64,000 nt of DNA from Candidatus Harrisonbacteria bacterium (GTDB lineage Bacteria; Patescibacteriota; Minisyncoccia; UBA6257; 1-14-0-10-40-38). Under the pieces are notes generated by a model, which was given only the letters and a program-made list of their open reading frames with translations, searched no databases and was not told the DNA's origin. Numbering within the stretch: position 1 is the first letter of the stretch; the number at the start of each line of letters is the position of its first letter. The translations under genes and the position numbers were made by a program. The stretch lies in the NCBI GenBank assembly GCA_023245035.1, contig JAHFLD010000002.1, positions 1,501 through 65,500 of the forward strand, read 5' to 3'. Shown here piece by piece: positions 18,594 to 28,666 of this stretch.

Positions 18594-19667
18594 ATGGATG
18601 CAATACAACAAAAATTAAGCGACTTGCTTTTGACCACGGCGCGGCAGAACGCTTCCGATTTGCATATTTCCGTTGGGCGCAAGCCGACCTTGCGGATTGA
18701 TGGAGTTTTGATTCCGCTCCAGAAGGAGCCGGCGATTACGCCCGAGGTTGCCGAGGGGCTGATTATGGCGCTTTTGACGCCGGAACAAAAGGAGCTTTTT
18801 TTGCAAAACAAGGAGTTTGATTTTTCTTTTGCTTTTGAAGATAAGGCCAGGTTTCGGGTGAATGTTTATAACCAGCGCGGATTTAAGGCGGCGGCTTTGC
18901 GTTTAATTCCGGCGGAGGTGCGAACCGTTGAGGCCTTGGGTTTGCCGCCGGTATTGCATGATTTTACCAAGTTATCGCAGGGCTTTATCTTGGTTGTCGG
19001 TCCGGCCGGACACGGAAAATCAACCACGCTCGCGGCTTTGCTTGACGAAATAAATCATAACCGGATGGATCATATTATTACCATTGAGGATCCGATTGAG
19101 TATTTATTCGTTCAGGATCGGGCGATTATTTCGCAACGCGAAGTAGGGGCGGACACGATGTCTTTTACGGCCGGGCTGCGATCTATTCTGCGACAGGATC
19201 CAGACGTGATTATGGTGGGCGAGATGCGCGATCCGTCTTCAATCGCGACGGCGATGACGGCGGCGGAGACCGGGCATTTGGTTTTTTCCACTCTGCATAC
19301 TAATTCGGCGGCGCAGACGATTGACCGGATTATTGATACTTTTCCAGCGGATCAACAAAGCCAGGTGACCTCGCAGTTGGCGGCGACCTTGGTAGCCATT
19401 GTTTCCGAGCGGTTGGTGCCGAGAGTAAACGGCGGACGGGTTCCGGCGTGCGAGATTATGATCGTCAATTCGGCGATTCGCAACTTAATTCGCGAGCGCA
19501 AGGCGTATCAGATTGATTTGGTGATTGAGACTTCTTTGCAAGAGGGCATGGTGACACTCAACCGCTCGCTTGCGACGCTCGTCAAGCGCAAAGAGATATC
19601 GCTGGAGAACGGGGAGCTTTACTCGATGAATCCATCCGAGCTTAAAATCTTGCTGGATAGAGTATAA
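18594..19667 (+). CDS. pilT: Type IV pilus retraction ATPase PilT
   Basis: ASDLHI, GPAGHGKST, AAETGHLVFSTLHT and the AIRNLIRE signature. Confidence 0.95.
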   Translation: MDAIQQKLSDLLLTTARQNASDLHISVGRKPTLRIDGVLIPLQKEPAITPEVAEGLIMALLTPEQKELFLQNKEFDFSFAFEDKARFRVNVYNQRGFKAAALRLIPAEVRTVEALGLPPVLHDFTKLSQGFILVVGPAGHGKSTTLAALLDEINHNRMDHIITIEDPIEYLFVQDRAIISQREVGADTMSFTAGLRSILRQDPDVIMVGEMRDPSSIATAMTAAETGHLVFSTLHTNSAAQTIDRIIDTFPADQQSQVTSQLAATLVAIVSERLVPRVNGGRVPACEIMIVNSAIRNLIRERKAYQIDLVIETSLQEGMVTLNRSLATLVKRKEISLENGELYSMNPSELKILLDRV

Positions 19668-19756
19668 ATATAAGTTACTAATGTGCGAATAATTAAGAAT
19701 ATACGAATGTACTTTTTTCGCATCATTCGCATTATCAATTTTCGCATCGGTCTTCT

Positions 19757-20965
19757 ATGAAATTCCGTTACAGCGCCAGAACTAAATCAGGTGAGCTCCA
19801 AGTGGGTTATGTGGAGGCGCTCCATCAAGACGCGGCCTCCAATATTTTGACCGGCCACGGCCTATACGTGCTGTCACTCGAGAGCATTCGCGAGCATCGC
19901 ACCTTTAGGGCGTTTTTCAACTTTTTGAATCGGGTTAAGGCCAAGGATTTGGTGATTTTTACCCGCCAGTTTGCCACCATGTTGGAGGCGAAGGTGCGGA
20001 TTGACGAGGGTTTGCGGACGCTCTTTTCTCAGACCAAAAATCCCATTCTTAAAGAGGCGATTTTTGAGGTTTCCGCGGATATTGACGCCGGTTTGTCGCT
20101 GTCGCAGGCAATGGAGCGGCAGAGCGCCGTGTTTTCCGAATTCTACGTTAATTTAATTCGCTCGGCGGAGGTGACAGGTAGAATTGAGGAGGCGATGCAA
20201 TTTTTGGCGGATCACTTGGAAAAAGAATTTGTCCTGACGACCAAGGTCAAAAACGCCATGATTTATCCGGTATTCGTCATCTTGCTGTTTTTTGTGGTCG
20301 GCGGAATTCTTATCGGTTTGGTTTTTCCTCAAATCACCCCAATTTTTACCGAATCGCAGGTAGAGCTGCCCTTTTTGACCAAGATATTACTTAATTCCGG
20401 TATATTTTTGAGCCATTGGTGGGTAGCGGTTGTAGCTACGGCTGGTTTTTTGGGGGCGGGGCTCTATGCCTACATTAAGACCGCCGAGGGCCGGGCGCTG
20501 GTTGATCAGTTTTCGCTCCAGGCGCCGGTTATGGGCAATTTGTTTAAAAAATTGTATTTGGCCAGATTTTCGGAGACGGCGAGCGTTTTGATCAAGGGTG
20601 GAATTCCAATCGCGCAGGCGATGGAGATTACCAGCCGGACAATCGGGAGCACTTTTTATGGCGAGATGCTTCACGATGTGGCCGAGGGGGTTCGGCGGGG
20701 CGAGCTGCTGTCGCAGGCTCTCGAAAAAAATCCACGTTATTTTTTGCCGCTCTTGACGCAGATGGTGGCGGTGGGGGAGAAGACCGGTAAGTTGGAGGAG
20801 ATGTTTATTCGGGTTTTTAGATTTTATTCCCGCGAGGTGGATACGGTGATTGATAACCTAGTGGAGTTTATTCAACCGGCTTTGATTGTGGTAATCGGCG
20901 GGGCGGTGGGGGCGCTGTTTGCGTCGGTGTTGTATCCCCTCTACTCCCTCATCCAGAAGTTCTAG
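19757..20965 (+). CDS. pilC: Type IV pilus platform protein PilC (GspF family)
   Basis: FTRQFATML, AEVTG, KNAMIYP, VGEKTGKLEEM; three TMs. Confidence 0.95.
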   Translation: MKFRYSARTKSGELQVGYVEALHQDAASNILTGHGLYVLSLESIREHRTFRAFFNFLNRVKAKDLVIFTRQFATMLEAKVRIDEGLRTLFSQTKNPILKEAIFEVSADIDAGLSLSQAMERQSAVFSEFYVNLIRSAEVTGRIEEAMQFLADHLEKEFVLTTKVKNAMIYPVFVILLFFVVGGILIGLVFPQITPIFTESQVELPFLTKILLNSGIFLSHWWVAVVATAGFLGAGLYAYIKTAEGRALVDQFSLQAPVMGNLFKKLYLARFSETASVLIKGGIPIAQAMEITSRTIGSTFYGEMLHDVAEGVRRGELLSQALEKNPRYFLPLLTQMVAVGEKTGKLEEMFIRVFRFYSREVDTVIDNLVEFIQPALIVVIGGAVGALFASVLYPLYSLIQKF

Positions 20966-20969
20966 GTTA

Positions 20970-21091
20970 AAACATCCGCATTCGGCGCATTTTTTTGTTG
21001 CGAGCTGTGGTGCTCAACGCAGTACTTGAATAAAGTACAGCTTATTCCGCTCCTCGCCTGCGCCTCAAACTGCGCACGAATGCGGATGTTT
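20970..21091 (+). repeat. Structured intergenic element, family A, copy 1
   Basis: 15-bp terminal IR aaacatccgcattcg/cgaatgcggatgttt and a central GTACTT..AAGTAC hairpin. A partial second copy lies at 21188-21261. Confidence 0.75.
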
Positions 21092-21273
21092 CAAGTCACG
21101 ATTGTCGTTCGCGCCTCGTATTTGTTCTTTTTAAATTAAGATACAGTATGCGAAAACTTTTTAGCCTGCCAAGCTTTCCATTCATTCTCCTCGCCCGCGC
21201 CTCAAACTGCATGCCCGAACGATTATATTTAGTCGGGCGGGCGCACGAACGCGGATGTTTCGAGACAACTCTT

Positions 21274-21378
21274 ATTTTTCGCGAATTATTTTGTTGTTCG
21301 TTCCGTTACTCAGTCGGCGCACTTGGTTAAAGCGCGCCTTCCTCCTTACTCGCTCACTCCTTGTACTTCGCGAAAAAT
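21274..21378 (+). repeat. Structured intergenic element, family A, copy 2
   Basis: 12-bp IR atttttcgcgaa/ttcgcgaaaaat; GTTG...ACTCCTTGTACT motifs. Confidence 0.7.
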
Positions 21379-21549
21379 CTAGAAAATTCTTTGCTGTGTG
21401 TGTGTCGATTAGTAGATTATCTTTGCTTCTTGTCTTGTGTTTTATATTACAAACATAGGATTTGTTCATTATCTAAACCCTGTACCCTTCACCCTAGACC
21501 CTACCCAATGCCCTGTGAATATCTTAATTGCGGTGTTGGGTTTTTAGCG

Positions 21550-21577
21550 TGCTATAATTGGGTCAAATCTTTGAAAG
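21550..21577 (+). promoter_or_regulatory. Extended -10 promoter for the pilin genes, with a boxA-like motif
   Basis: TGcTATAAT (-10 at 21553-21558) followed by AATCTTTGAAAG. Confidence 0.55.
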
Positions 21578-21662
21578 GTCGGTTTCTCTTGTTTTGAGAA
21601 AGTTTAATTTCCAAAGATATAAAGATATTTTGATTATTCCGGTAAAAATTACTTAACTTACA

Positions 21663-22094
21663 ATGAATACAACATCCAAGAAAGGTTTTACGATTATTGA
21701 GCTTTTGGTGGTTATCGCCATCATTGGCCTTTTGGCTTCGGTGGTTTTGGTTGGTTTGGGTGGCGCGCGCCGATCAGGAAGAGATGCGAAAAGAATTGCT
21801 GATTTGAGGCAATTGCAGGTTGGTTTGGAGGCTTATTTTACCAAGAATGGAGTCTACCCAGCGACGCTTAGCGCTTTGACCACTGCTGGTGTCGGCGTGA
21901 CTGTAGTTCCTACTGATCCTGCTGGTGCGGCCTATGGCTATGGAGTAGCTAGCCCGGCAACTACCTATACTCTTAGTGCTCAACTTGAAGATGCGGGAAA
22001 CCAGGCGTTAAATAACGACATCGATGGTACTTCGAATGGTCTTAGCTGTGGAACGGCTGGTCCGACCGATCTCACGTATTGTGTTTCTCTCTAA
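21663..22094 (+). CDS. Type IV major pilin 1
   Basis: Class III signal KKG-FTIIELLVVIAIIGLLASVV; RDAKRIADL; PTDP; C-terminal Cys pair. Confidence 0.92.
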   Translation: MNTTSKKGFTIIELLVVIAIIGLLASVVLVGLGGARRSGRDAKRIADLRQLQVGLEAYFTKNGVYPATLSALTTAGVGVTVVPTDPAGAAYGYGVASPATTYTLSAQLEDAGNQALNNDIDGTSNGLSCGTAGPTDLTYCVSL

Positions 22095-22118
22095 GTTTTT
22101 ACTTGATTCCTTGGTCTG

Positions 22119-22580
22119 ATGTCTCTAATTTCTTACAGACGAGGTTTTACACTCATAGAACTACTGGTTGCCATTGCTATTGTTGGGCTTTTGGCTTCGG
22201 TAGTTCTTTTGGGTTTGGGAGGTGCGCGTCTCAAGGGTCGGGATGCGCGACGAATTGCCGATTTGCGGACGGTGCAAAATGCTTTGGAGTTTTATATCAA
22301 CCGGAATGGAGTCTATCCCAACAATACCGGCAACTGGATTGCGCTAACTACGGCTCTAAATAACGCCGGCGCGGGTCGTATTCCAACCGATCCGCTAAAT
22401 AGCGGTGTTAATGTTTATAGTTATTACACGAATTCAGGAACGCAGGATTTTTATGTCTTAAAGGCGATGCTGGAGGATATTTCTAATCCGGCTTTGCAAA
22501 ATGACACTGATGGAACTTTTGGTTCTCTAACTTGTGACGATACGGTGACCGCTGCCTATTGTGTTCGTGGTGGCTTATGA
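22119..22580 (+). CDS. Type IV pilin 2 (paralogue of pilin 1)
   Basis: RRG-FTLIELLVAIAIVGLLASVV; RDARRIADL; PTDP; C-terminal Cys pair. Confidence 0.92.
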   Translation: MSLISYRRGFTLIELLVAIAIVGLLASVVLLGLGGARLKGRDARRIADLRTVQNALEFYINRNGVYPNNTGNWIALTTALNNAGAGRIPTDPLNSGVNVYSYYTNSGTQDFYVLKAMLEDISNPALQNDTDGTFGSLTCDDTVTAAYCVRGGL

Positions 22581-23467
22581 GCTTTTTTATTTTATTATTG
22601 CTTTTTTTTATCGGCTTGGCGGTTGGCAGTTTTTTAAACGTACTGGCGGTTCGATATGATCCCGAGCGGCCTATTTTTTCCGGGCCATCGCTCCTAGGTC
22701 GCTCTCACTGTCCGCATTGCGGTAAGACGCTTTCGGCTTTTGAACTTATTCCACTGGTCAGCTTTTTGTGGCAGAGGGGAAGATGTCGCGGTTGTCGGCA
22801 TTCAATTTCCAGTCAATATTTTTTGGTGGAGTTGTTTACGGGCATTTACTTTGTTGCGGTGCCTTTGTTTTTGACTTCTTTTTACGCGCTCACGCCAAAA
22901 CTGGCGCTTCATGGAGGTCCGTTTGTTTTTGCCGCTGGTTTATGGATTTTAGTCGGCCTGACCCTGCTTTTAATGTCGCTAATTGATTTGCGTCTGATGC
23001 TGATTCCGGATCAGCTGACGGTGTTTATCGGCCTTGTTGGTTTAGTTCAGGTTTTCTTTCTTAGACGTTACGGACTTTTTGGCTCGTTCGACGGGTCCTT
23101 TTTGGGAAGCGCCGCCGGTATATTTGCTTTTCGCGAGAATATTTTTTGGAATCATATTTTGGCGGCATTGGTTGGAGGAGGGGTATTCGGTTTGGTTTGG
23201 GCCTTGTCGCGGGGTCGCGGCATGGGTTTTGGCGACGTCAAGCTGGCGGCGGCGCTCGGTTTTCTTTTTGGCTGGCCGGATGTCTTATTGATCTTGATGC
23301 TGGCGGTCGTCATCGGCGCGGGTTTCGGGTTGGGACTTATTTTTTCTCGCAAAAAGGGTTTTAGGGATGGGATCCCGTTCGGGCCATTTTTGGCCCTCGG
23401 CGCGATGTTGGTGTTTTTCTGGGGTGAGACGATTTTTACCGGCTACCTGAAATTTTTCGGACTTTGA
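22577..23467 (+). CDS. pilD: Prepilin peptidase
   Basis: GSFLNV, RSHCPHC, GRCRGC, IDL..M.IPD, GMGFGDVKL, IPFGPFL. Confidence 0.95.
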   Translation: MSFFILLLLFFIGLAVGSFLNVLAVRYDPERPIFSGPSLLGRSHCPHCGKTLSAFELIPLVSFLWQRGRCRGCRHSISSQYFLVELFTGIYFVAVPLFLTSFYALTPKLALHGGPFVFAAGLWILVGLTLLLMSLIDLRLMLIPDQLTVFIGLVGLVQVFFLRRYGLFGSFDGSFLGSAAGIFAFRENIFWNHILAALVGGGVFGLVWALSRGRGMGFGDVKLAAALGFLFGWPDVLLILMLAVVIGAGFGLGLIFSRKKGFRDGIPFGPFLALGAMLVFFWGETIFTGYLKFFGL

Positions 23468-23605
23468 TCTAGAGTTTGCGAACCAGCCTTTGTTCTGGGA
23501 GCTGTGGCGGGCAGGTTTAAAAAATAGAAATGGCAAGACGGATGGGTGCAGACTTGTACGATGCTGTGTTTTGGTCTTTTGACCGGCGAGGATTATACTT
23601 AAGCT

Positions 23606-24229
23606 ATGCGTTTTTTGCCAAATAAATCCAGTTTTGGATTTTCTACAGTTGAGATTTTAGTGGTGGCGGCGGTTTTGGGAATGTTGATTACGATTTCCAT
23701 CCAATATTCGCGGCGAAGCGAACAGCAAATCGTCTTGTCCACCGCTCGGGCGGCTTTGGTGCAGACGATTTTACGCAGTAAGGCGCTGACGATTCAAACT
23801 TTTCGAGACGGCTTGCCGGTATGTGGTTACGGAGTGCGTTTTACTTCTACCGGCTACACGCTTTTTCGCGATTTTCCCGCTCCGCAACCGCCGCTCTCAA
23901 GCGGAGCGCCGCCGCCGATTGACTGCAGTGGTTCATTGGCTTTTGGGCCAAAGTATTCCGGTTCCGATGAGGATTTTTCGGTAACCGTGCTTGATCCAAG
24001 ATTGCAGATTCAGGTTTGTTTTCCGCCGGATGTGAGCGGTGGTTTTACCACTAATATCTTGTCGTGCCCCGGTGTTGAAGGCGAGGTGCTTTTTGTGCCG
24101 CCAGATCCAACGGTGTTTTTTGACCCCGGTTTGTCAGGGGATTACATGTCGTTGGTTCTTTCGCTGGTTGATGGAAGCGCGTCATCGCAAATCGATATCG
24201 GTTCCGGCGGTCAAGTTTCTATCCAGTAG
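23606..24229 (+). CDS. Minor pilin (FimT/GspH-like)
   Basis: G-FSTVEILVV N-terminus. Confidence 0.75.
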   Translation: MRFLPNKSSFGFSTVEILVVAAVLGMLITISIQYSRRSEQQIVLSTARAALVQTILRSKALTIQTFRDGLPVCGYGVRFTSTGYTLFRDFPAPQPPLSSGAPPPIDCSGSLAFGPKYSGSDEDFSVTVLDPRLQIQVCFPPDVSGGFTTNILSCPGVEGEVLFVPPDPTVFFDPGLSGDYMSLVLSLVDGSASSQIDIGSGGQVSIQ

Positions 24230-24235
24230 GCAGAT

Positions 24236-24817
24236 ATGACATTTTTCAAAAACAAATTAGGCGATCGGCGGGGGCAATTAATTGTGGAGTCTATGGTGGC
24301 TATCGCGGTTATGGTGACTGGCATCTTGGGTCTTTTTGTCTTGCTTTCTAAATCACTGGCCGCGACGAAGCTGGTTTCCAGCCAATATGTCGCCGTTCAT
24401 TTAGCCGGAGAGGGAATTGAATTGGTTAAAAATTTGCTGGATAAAAACGCCATTACGCGCCGAGCGACCGGCGGGGCTAATTCACTCACTCCCTGGAATC
24501 AAAATATGGGACCGGGAACTTTTGAGATGGATTTTAACGATGGGGCGCTGACGCCGGTTGTGCCCGGGCAGGCTCATTTGCTGTCGTTTGATGAACAAAG
24601 CGGCCACTATTTTTATGCTTCAAGCGCCGGTGGCACTGGTATTGATGAAGGGCAATCACTCACAACACCGTCAATCTACAAGCGAGAAATCGCCATTACT
24701 TGGTTGCCGGCGGCGAGCCCTAATTCTATGAGTGTTGTTTCCACGGTGTGGTGGTCAATTCGCGGTACTGATTATTCGGTGGTGTTGGAAGATGTCTTTA
24801 CCAATTGGCGTCCTTAA
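24236..24817 (+). CDS. Minor pilin (PilV-like)
   Basis: RRG-QLIVESMVAI; A..LA.EGIE.V; YKREI.I; C-terminal TNWR. Confidence 0.75.
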   Translation: MTFFKNKLGDRRGQLIVESMVAIAVMVTGILGLFVLLSKSLAATKLVSSQYVAVHLAGEGIELVKNLLDKNAITRRATGGANSLTPWNQNMGPGTFEMDFNDGALTPVVPGQAHLLSFDEQSGHYFYASSAGGTGIDEGQSLTTPSIYKREIAITWLPAASPNSMSVVSTVWWSIRGTDYSVVLEDVFTNWRP

Positions 24818-24826
24818 ATTAAGACC

Positions 24827-25348
24827 ATGATTCTTTTTGCTAAAAATTCAGAGGCGCGTCGAGGATTTACCCTGGTTGAACTGATTGTGGCAGTCGGTAT
24901 TTTTGGCATGGTGATGGCTTTGGCAGTCGGTATTTTTGTGAAGCTGTTGCGAACTCAGCGGGCGGTAGTGGCCTTGATTGCCATGAATGATAACGCGAGC
25001 TTGGCGTTGGAGCAGGTGGCGCGCGAGATTCGTACTGGTTCTGGTTTTTCTTTGACGCAGGGAGGATTGAATTTTTTTAACGCGAAGGGGGAGGCGGTGA
25101 GATATGCGTTGGATCAAAATGCCATAGGACGATCCGTGGCTCAGGGTCCGATACGTCATATTACCGGCAACAATGTTATGGTTGATCGGCTGGATTTTAC
25201 CTTGACCGGATCCGCGCCGAATGGTTTGCCCGACGGGTTGCAACCCAGAATCGTCATCGTGCTTAGCGTGAGCGCGGTGGCTTCGGAGGCTGCTGGCGTC
25301 GTCAATCATTATCAAACCGCGGTCAGTCCGCGTTTACTGGATTCTTAG
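24827..25348 (+). CDS. Minor pilin (PilW-like)
   Basis: RRG-FTLVELIVAVGIF; ALEQVAREIRTG; QTAVSPR. Confidence 0.8.
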   Translation: MILFAKNSEARRGFTLVELIVAVGIFGMVMALAVGIFVKLLRTQRAVVALIAMNDNASLALEQVAREIRTGSGFSLTQGGLNFFNAKGEAVRYALDQNAIGRSVAQGPIRHITGNNVMVDRLDFTLTGSAPNGLPDGLQPRIVIVLSVSAVASEAAGVVNHYQTAVSPRLLDS

Positions 25349-25356
25349 TTTTTATT

Positions 25357-25827
25357 ATGAGACGACTTATTTTTAATAAATTTTTTAGACGCTCGGCGGA
25401 AAGCCGGGTCTCGGGGCAAAGTGGCCAGGTGCTTTTGTTCTCGGTTTTGATTCTCTCCGGAGCGCTTTTAAGCGTTACCGTTATCGCCGGATTGTTGACG
25501 CTTTATCAGTTGAGGCAGGCGGGGGACGTGGCGCGTTCGGCGCAGGCGATTTATGCCGCGGATGCCGGACTCGAGATGGAGTTTTATCGCTGGTTTAAAG
25601 ATTTTGATAATTGCCATGCTCCTTCGGCGGATCTTTTTGTGGTTCCCGGCTCTTATCCCACGACGCCGGCTTGCTTTACGATTGCGAATCCGCTAATAAA
25701 CGGCGCCCAGTTTGTGACTTTGATAGAGTATCGACCAGGCTCCGGTTCGTTGCCGGTTACGCTTGGGGTGATTCGCTCCACCGGACAATCAGCCAGATCA
25801 TTCCGCGCTTTTCGGGCGGATTTTTAG
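25357..25827 (+). CDS. Minor pilin (PilX-like)
   Basis: QSG-QVLLFSVLI lacking Glu5; SAQAIYAADAGLE; IRSTG. Confidence 0.75.
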   Translation: MRRLIFNKFFRRSAESRVSGQSGQVLLFSVLILSGALLSVTVIAGLLTLYQLRQAGDVARSAQAIYAADAGLEMEFYRWFKDFDNCHAPSADLFVVPGSYPTTPACFTIANPLINGAQFVTLIEYRPGSGSLPVTLGVIRSTGQSARSFRAFRADF

Positions 25828-25953
25828 ATGATATTTAGCGCAAGGTTTTTGGCGTTTAGAATGGCCAAAGATGAGGCTTGTTGCTGAATTCGGCGTTTAC
25901 GGCATCCAGGCAGGGCCGTTTTTCGGCGTGGCTTTTGCTGATATACTTTCCCT

Positions 25954-28017
25954 ATGTCGTTTTCGACCACAAAAAAAGCCGCCGCGGAGCGAATCGCTGT
26001 TTTGCGCGAGGCCATCAATAAGTTTCGCTATCATTATCATGTTTTGAACGAATCGCTGATTTCCGATGAGGCTTTGGATACGCTCAAAAAAGAACTGTTT
26101 GATTTGGAGGGGCGTTTTCCAGAGCTCGTGACGCCGGATTCGCCGACTCAAAGAGTGGCGGGCGAGCCGCTCCAGAAGTTTAATAAGGTGAGCCACGAGG
26201 TGAGAATGATTTCGTTAAACGACGCTTTTTCGGAGGCCGATCTTCGCGCCTGGTTTGAGCGTCTGGCTAATTTTTTGGGACGCGAGCCAAAGCCTGAATT
26301 TTATTGCGAGCTTAAAATTGACGGCTTAGCGATTGAATTAATATATGAAAATGGCGTTTTGGCGCGGGCTTCCACTCGGGGCGATGGGCTGGTCGGCGAG
26401 GAGGTGACGCAAAACTTAAAAACGGTGGAGGCGATTCCACTCCGTTTGCGCGGTAATTATCCAAAAAAATTAACGGTTCGCGGAGAAGTTTTTTTGACCA
26501 GGCAGGAGTTTGAGCGCATTAACCGAGAACAAGTTGCTCGTGGTGAAAAGCCGTATGCCAATCCGCGAAATGTGGCGGCGGGGGCGGTGCGCCAGCTTGA
26601 TCCGAGGATTACCGCCTCGCGCCGTTTGGATTCTTTCGCTTATTCCATAGTAACCGACTTAGGGCAAGCGACACATGAAGAAGAGCATCGCTTATTGCAT
26701 TCGTTTGGTTTTAAGACAAACCAGCACAACGCGTTAGCCGGCTCGCTGGAGAAGGTGATTGCTTTTCGCAACCACTGGGAATCGCATCGGGAAAAATTGG
26801 CTTATGAGATTGACGGGGTGGTGGTTATTTTGAACGACAACGAACTTTTCGCGCGAGCGGGGATTATCGGCAAGTCGCCGCGAGCAGCCATGGCTTATAA
26901 GTTTGCTTCACGGGAAGCGACGACGATAGTTCGGGAAATTGTCGTTCAGGTTGGAAGAACCGGAGTTTTGACGCCAGTCGCGATTTTGGATCCGGTGAAT
27001 GTTGGCGGAGTTACCATTACTCATGCCACTTTGCATAATGCCGATGAGATTGAGCGATTAGGGTTGAAGCTTGGAGATACGGTGGTAGTAAGCCGAGCCG
27101 GAGATGTGATTCCGAAAATTATTAAGGTTTTGCCGGAATTGCGAACCGGCAAGGAGCATGGTTTTAAGATGCCGCAAGTTTGTCCGGTTGACGAGTCTCC
27201 GGTTTTGCGCGACGGGGCTTTATATCGTTGCGGTAATCCGGTTTGCGGAGGGCGACATCGCGAGGCTCTTTATCATTTTGTGGGACGATCCGCTTTTAAT
27301 ATTGAAGGCATGGGGCCGAAGATTATTGACCGTTTTCTGGATGAGGGCTTGGTGGCCGATGCCGCTGATATTTTTTCGTTGCGTGAGGGTGATATCGCGG
27401 CCTTGCCGAGATTTGGCGAGAAGTCCGCGGCTAATTTGATTAATGAAATCGCCGGACGCAAGCAGATCACCCTGACCCGTTTTTTGTTCGCGTTGGGCAT
27501 TCTTCATGTGGGCGAAGAAACGGCTAGGGTTTTGGCCGAATGGCTGGTATCCCGTTTGCCGAAGCGAGGCACGACTTTTAATCCGGAGGTCTTAGGGTCC
27601 TTGATGAAGGAAATCAGCGTGGATGATTTGCAAATGATTCCCGATGTTGGTCCGGCGGTGGCGCAGAGCATTGCTTTGTGGTTTACGCAGTCGCGAAACC
27701 AAACCCTGCTGAAGCGACTGGGAGGGGTTGGCGTGGTGTTTCAAGTTTCCTCGCCCAAAGAAAAAGGAGCGCTTACTGGGAAGTCATTTGTGATTACCGG
27801 TACCTTGTCTCAAATGAGCCGTCAAGAAGCCAAAGAGCGAATTCGGAATTTGGGAGGAGTGGTTCACGAGTCGGTTTCAAAGGCGACGAGCTATGTGGTT
27901 GTTGGCGCGGATCCAGGTTCAAAGGCTCGCAAGGCCGGGGAGTTGGGACTTACGATACTTTCCGAGGAGGAGCTGGGATCATTGCTTAACGTTGCCCAAA
28001 AGAAGAACGCGTCGTAA
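25954..28017 (+). CDS. ligA: NAD-dependent DNA ligase
   Basis: ELKIDG, VRGEVF, ANPRNVAAG, QVGRTG, RAGDVIP, Zn finger, HhH and BRCT domains. Confidence 0.97.
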   Translation: MSFSTTKKAAAERIAVLREAINKFRYHYHVLNESLISDEALDTLKKELFDLEGRFPELVTPDSPTQRVAGEPLQKFNKVSHEVRMISLNDAFSEADLRAWFERLANFLGREPKPEFYCELKIDGLAIELIYENGVLARASTRGDGLVGEEVTQNLKTVEAIPLRLRGNYPKKLTVRGEVFLTRQEFERINREQVARGEKPYANPRNVAAGAVRQLDPRITASRRLDSFAYSIVTDLGQATHEEEHRLLHSFGFKTNQHNALAGSLEKVIAFRNHWESHREKLAYEIDGVVVILNDNELFARAGIIGKSPRAAMAYKFASREATTIVREIVVQVGRTGVLTPVAILDPVNVGGVTITHATLHNADEIERLGLKLGDTVVVSRAGDVIPKIIKVLPELRTGKEHGFKMPQVCPVDESPVLRDGALYRCGNPVCGGRHREALYHFVGRSAFNIEGMGPKIIDRFLDEGLVADAADIFSLREGDIAALPRFGEKSAANLINEIAGRKQITLTRFLFALGILHVGEETARVLAEWLVSRLPKRGTTFNPEVLGSLMKEISVDDLQMIPDVGPAVAQSIALWFTQSRNQTLLKRLGGVGVVFQVSSPKEKGALTGKSFVITGTLSQMSRQEAKERIRNLGGVVHESVSKATSYVVVGADPGSKARKAGELGLTILSEEELGSLLNVAQKKNAS

Positions 28018-28028
28018 GATGTTAGAGT

Positions 28029-28661
28029 ATGTTGCGCGAAGGAGGTTTTTTATTGCCAGAGAAAAAATACAGTGGCCATGAACTGGAGTGGGATTTATTG
28101 GGTTATGGCGTGCCACGCGAGGCTCGCTATGATGGGCGCTATCTTAATTTTAGGGAGGCGATGAGGCTTGTTCGCGAGCATCAGCCGGAGGGTTGGGATC
28201 CGGCTGATCCGCCGGCGCATCCGACTTCGTTTCCTAATGATTTACACTTTGCTGTGGGCGAGGAGATCACTCAACGGCTCGCGGAGCGATCGGATGACTT
28301 GTCGCCGGAGGTCGCGGCAACGTTAAGCGAGGCTTTAGAACGTCACGGCCTGCAACTTTTTAACGCGCTTGGCAGCCACTTAGACCGGCTTCACGGAGTT
28401 GACGCGTTTTTTGACTTTACTATCCCCGTGGCGCGTGGCGCCGGTTTGGCGGGTGAAAAGCGAATCACCATCACTCTGGATTTAACGCAAAATCCGGAAA
28501 AGGCGGAGCGAGGCGCCAAGGCTAACGCGGTTTTGTATATTCCTTCGTTTGAAGATTATACCGCGATGAATCCGGAGGAGCGGACTAATTTTATGAAACG
28601 CCAGGCGGAAGGCGTTGTCAGCAGTTTGATATTTGAGTTAAAATATTCACACGCCGCTTAG
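28029..28661 (+). CDS. Hypothetical protein, possible PD-(D/E)xK-like fold
   Basis: Fills the ligA-gatC gap; LDRLHGVDAFF...ITLDLTQN.EK. Confidence 0.65.
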   Translation: MLREGGFLLPEKKYSGHELEWDLLGYGVPREARYDGRYLNFREAMRLVREHQPEGWDPADPPAHPTSFPNDLHFAVGEEITQRLAERSDDLSPEVAATLSEALERHGLQLFNALGSHLDRLHGVDAFFDFTIPVARGAGLAGEKRITITLDLTQNPEKAERGAKANAVLYIPSFEDYTAMNPEERTNFMKRQAEGVVSSLIFELKYSHAA

Positions 28662-28666
28662 TTCTT

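Noticed and set aside
21470-21515. Degenerate heptamer runs (also 42725-42910 and 57640-57680) as discrete elements
   Set aside because: They are low-complexity and too degenerate to define boundaries or function from sequence alone.
21148-21597. Small ORFs between pilC and the pilins (also 41832-42077 and 42505-42699)
   Set aside because: They overlap hairpin elements or promoters and have no protein-like features.
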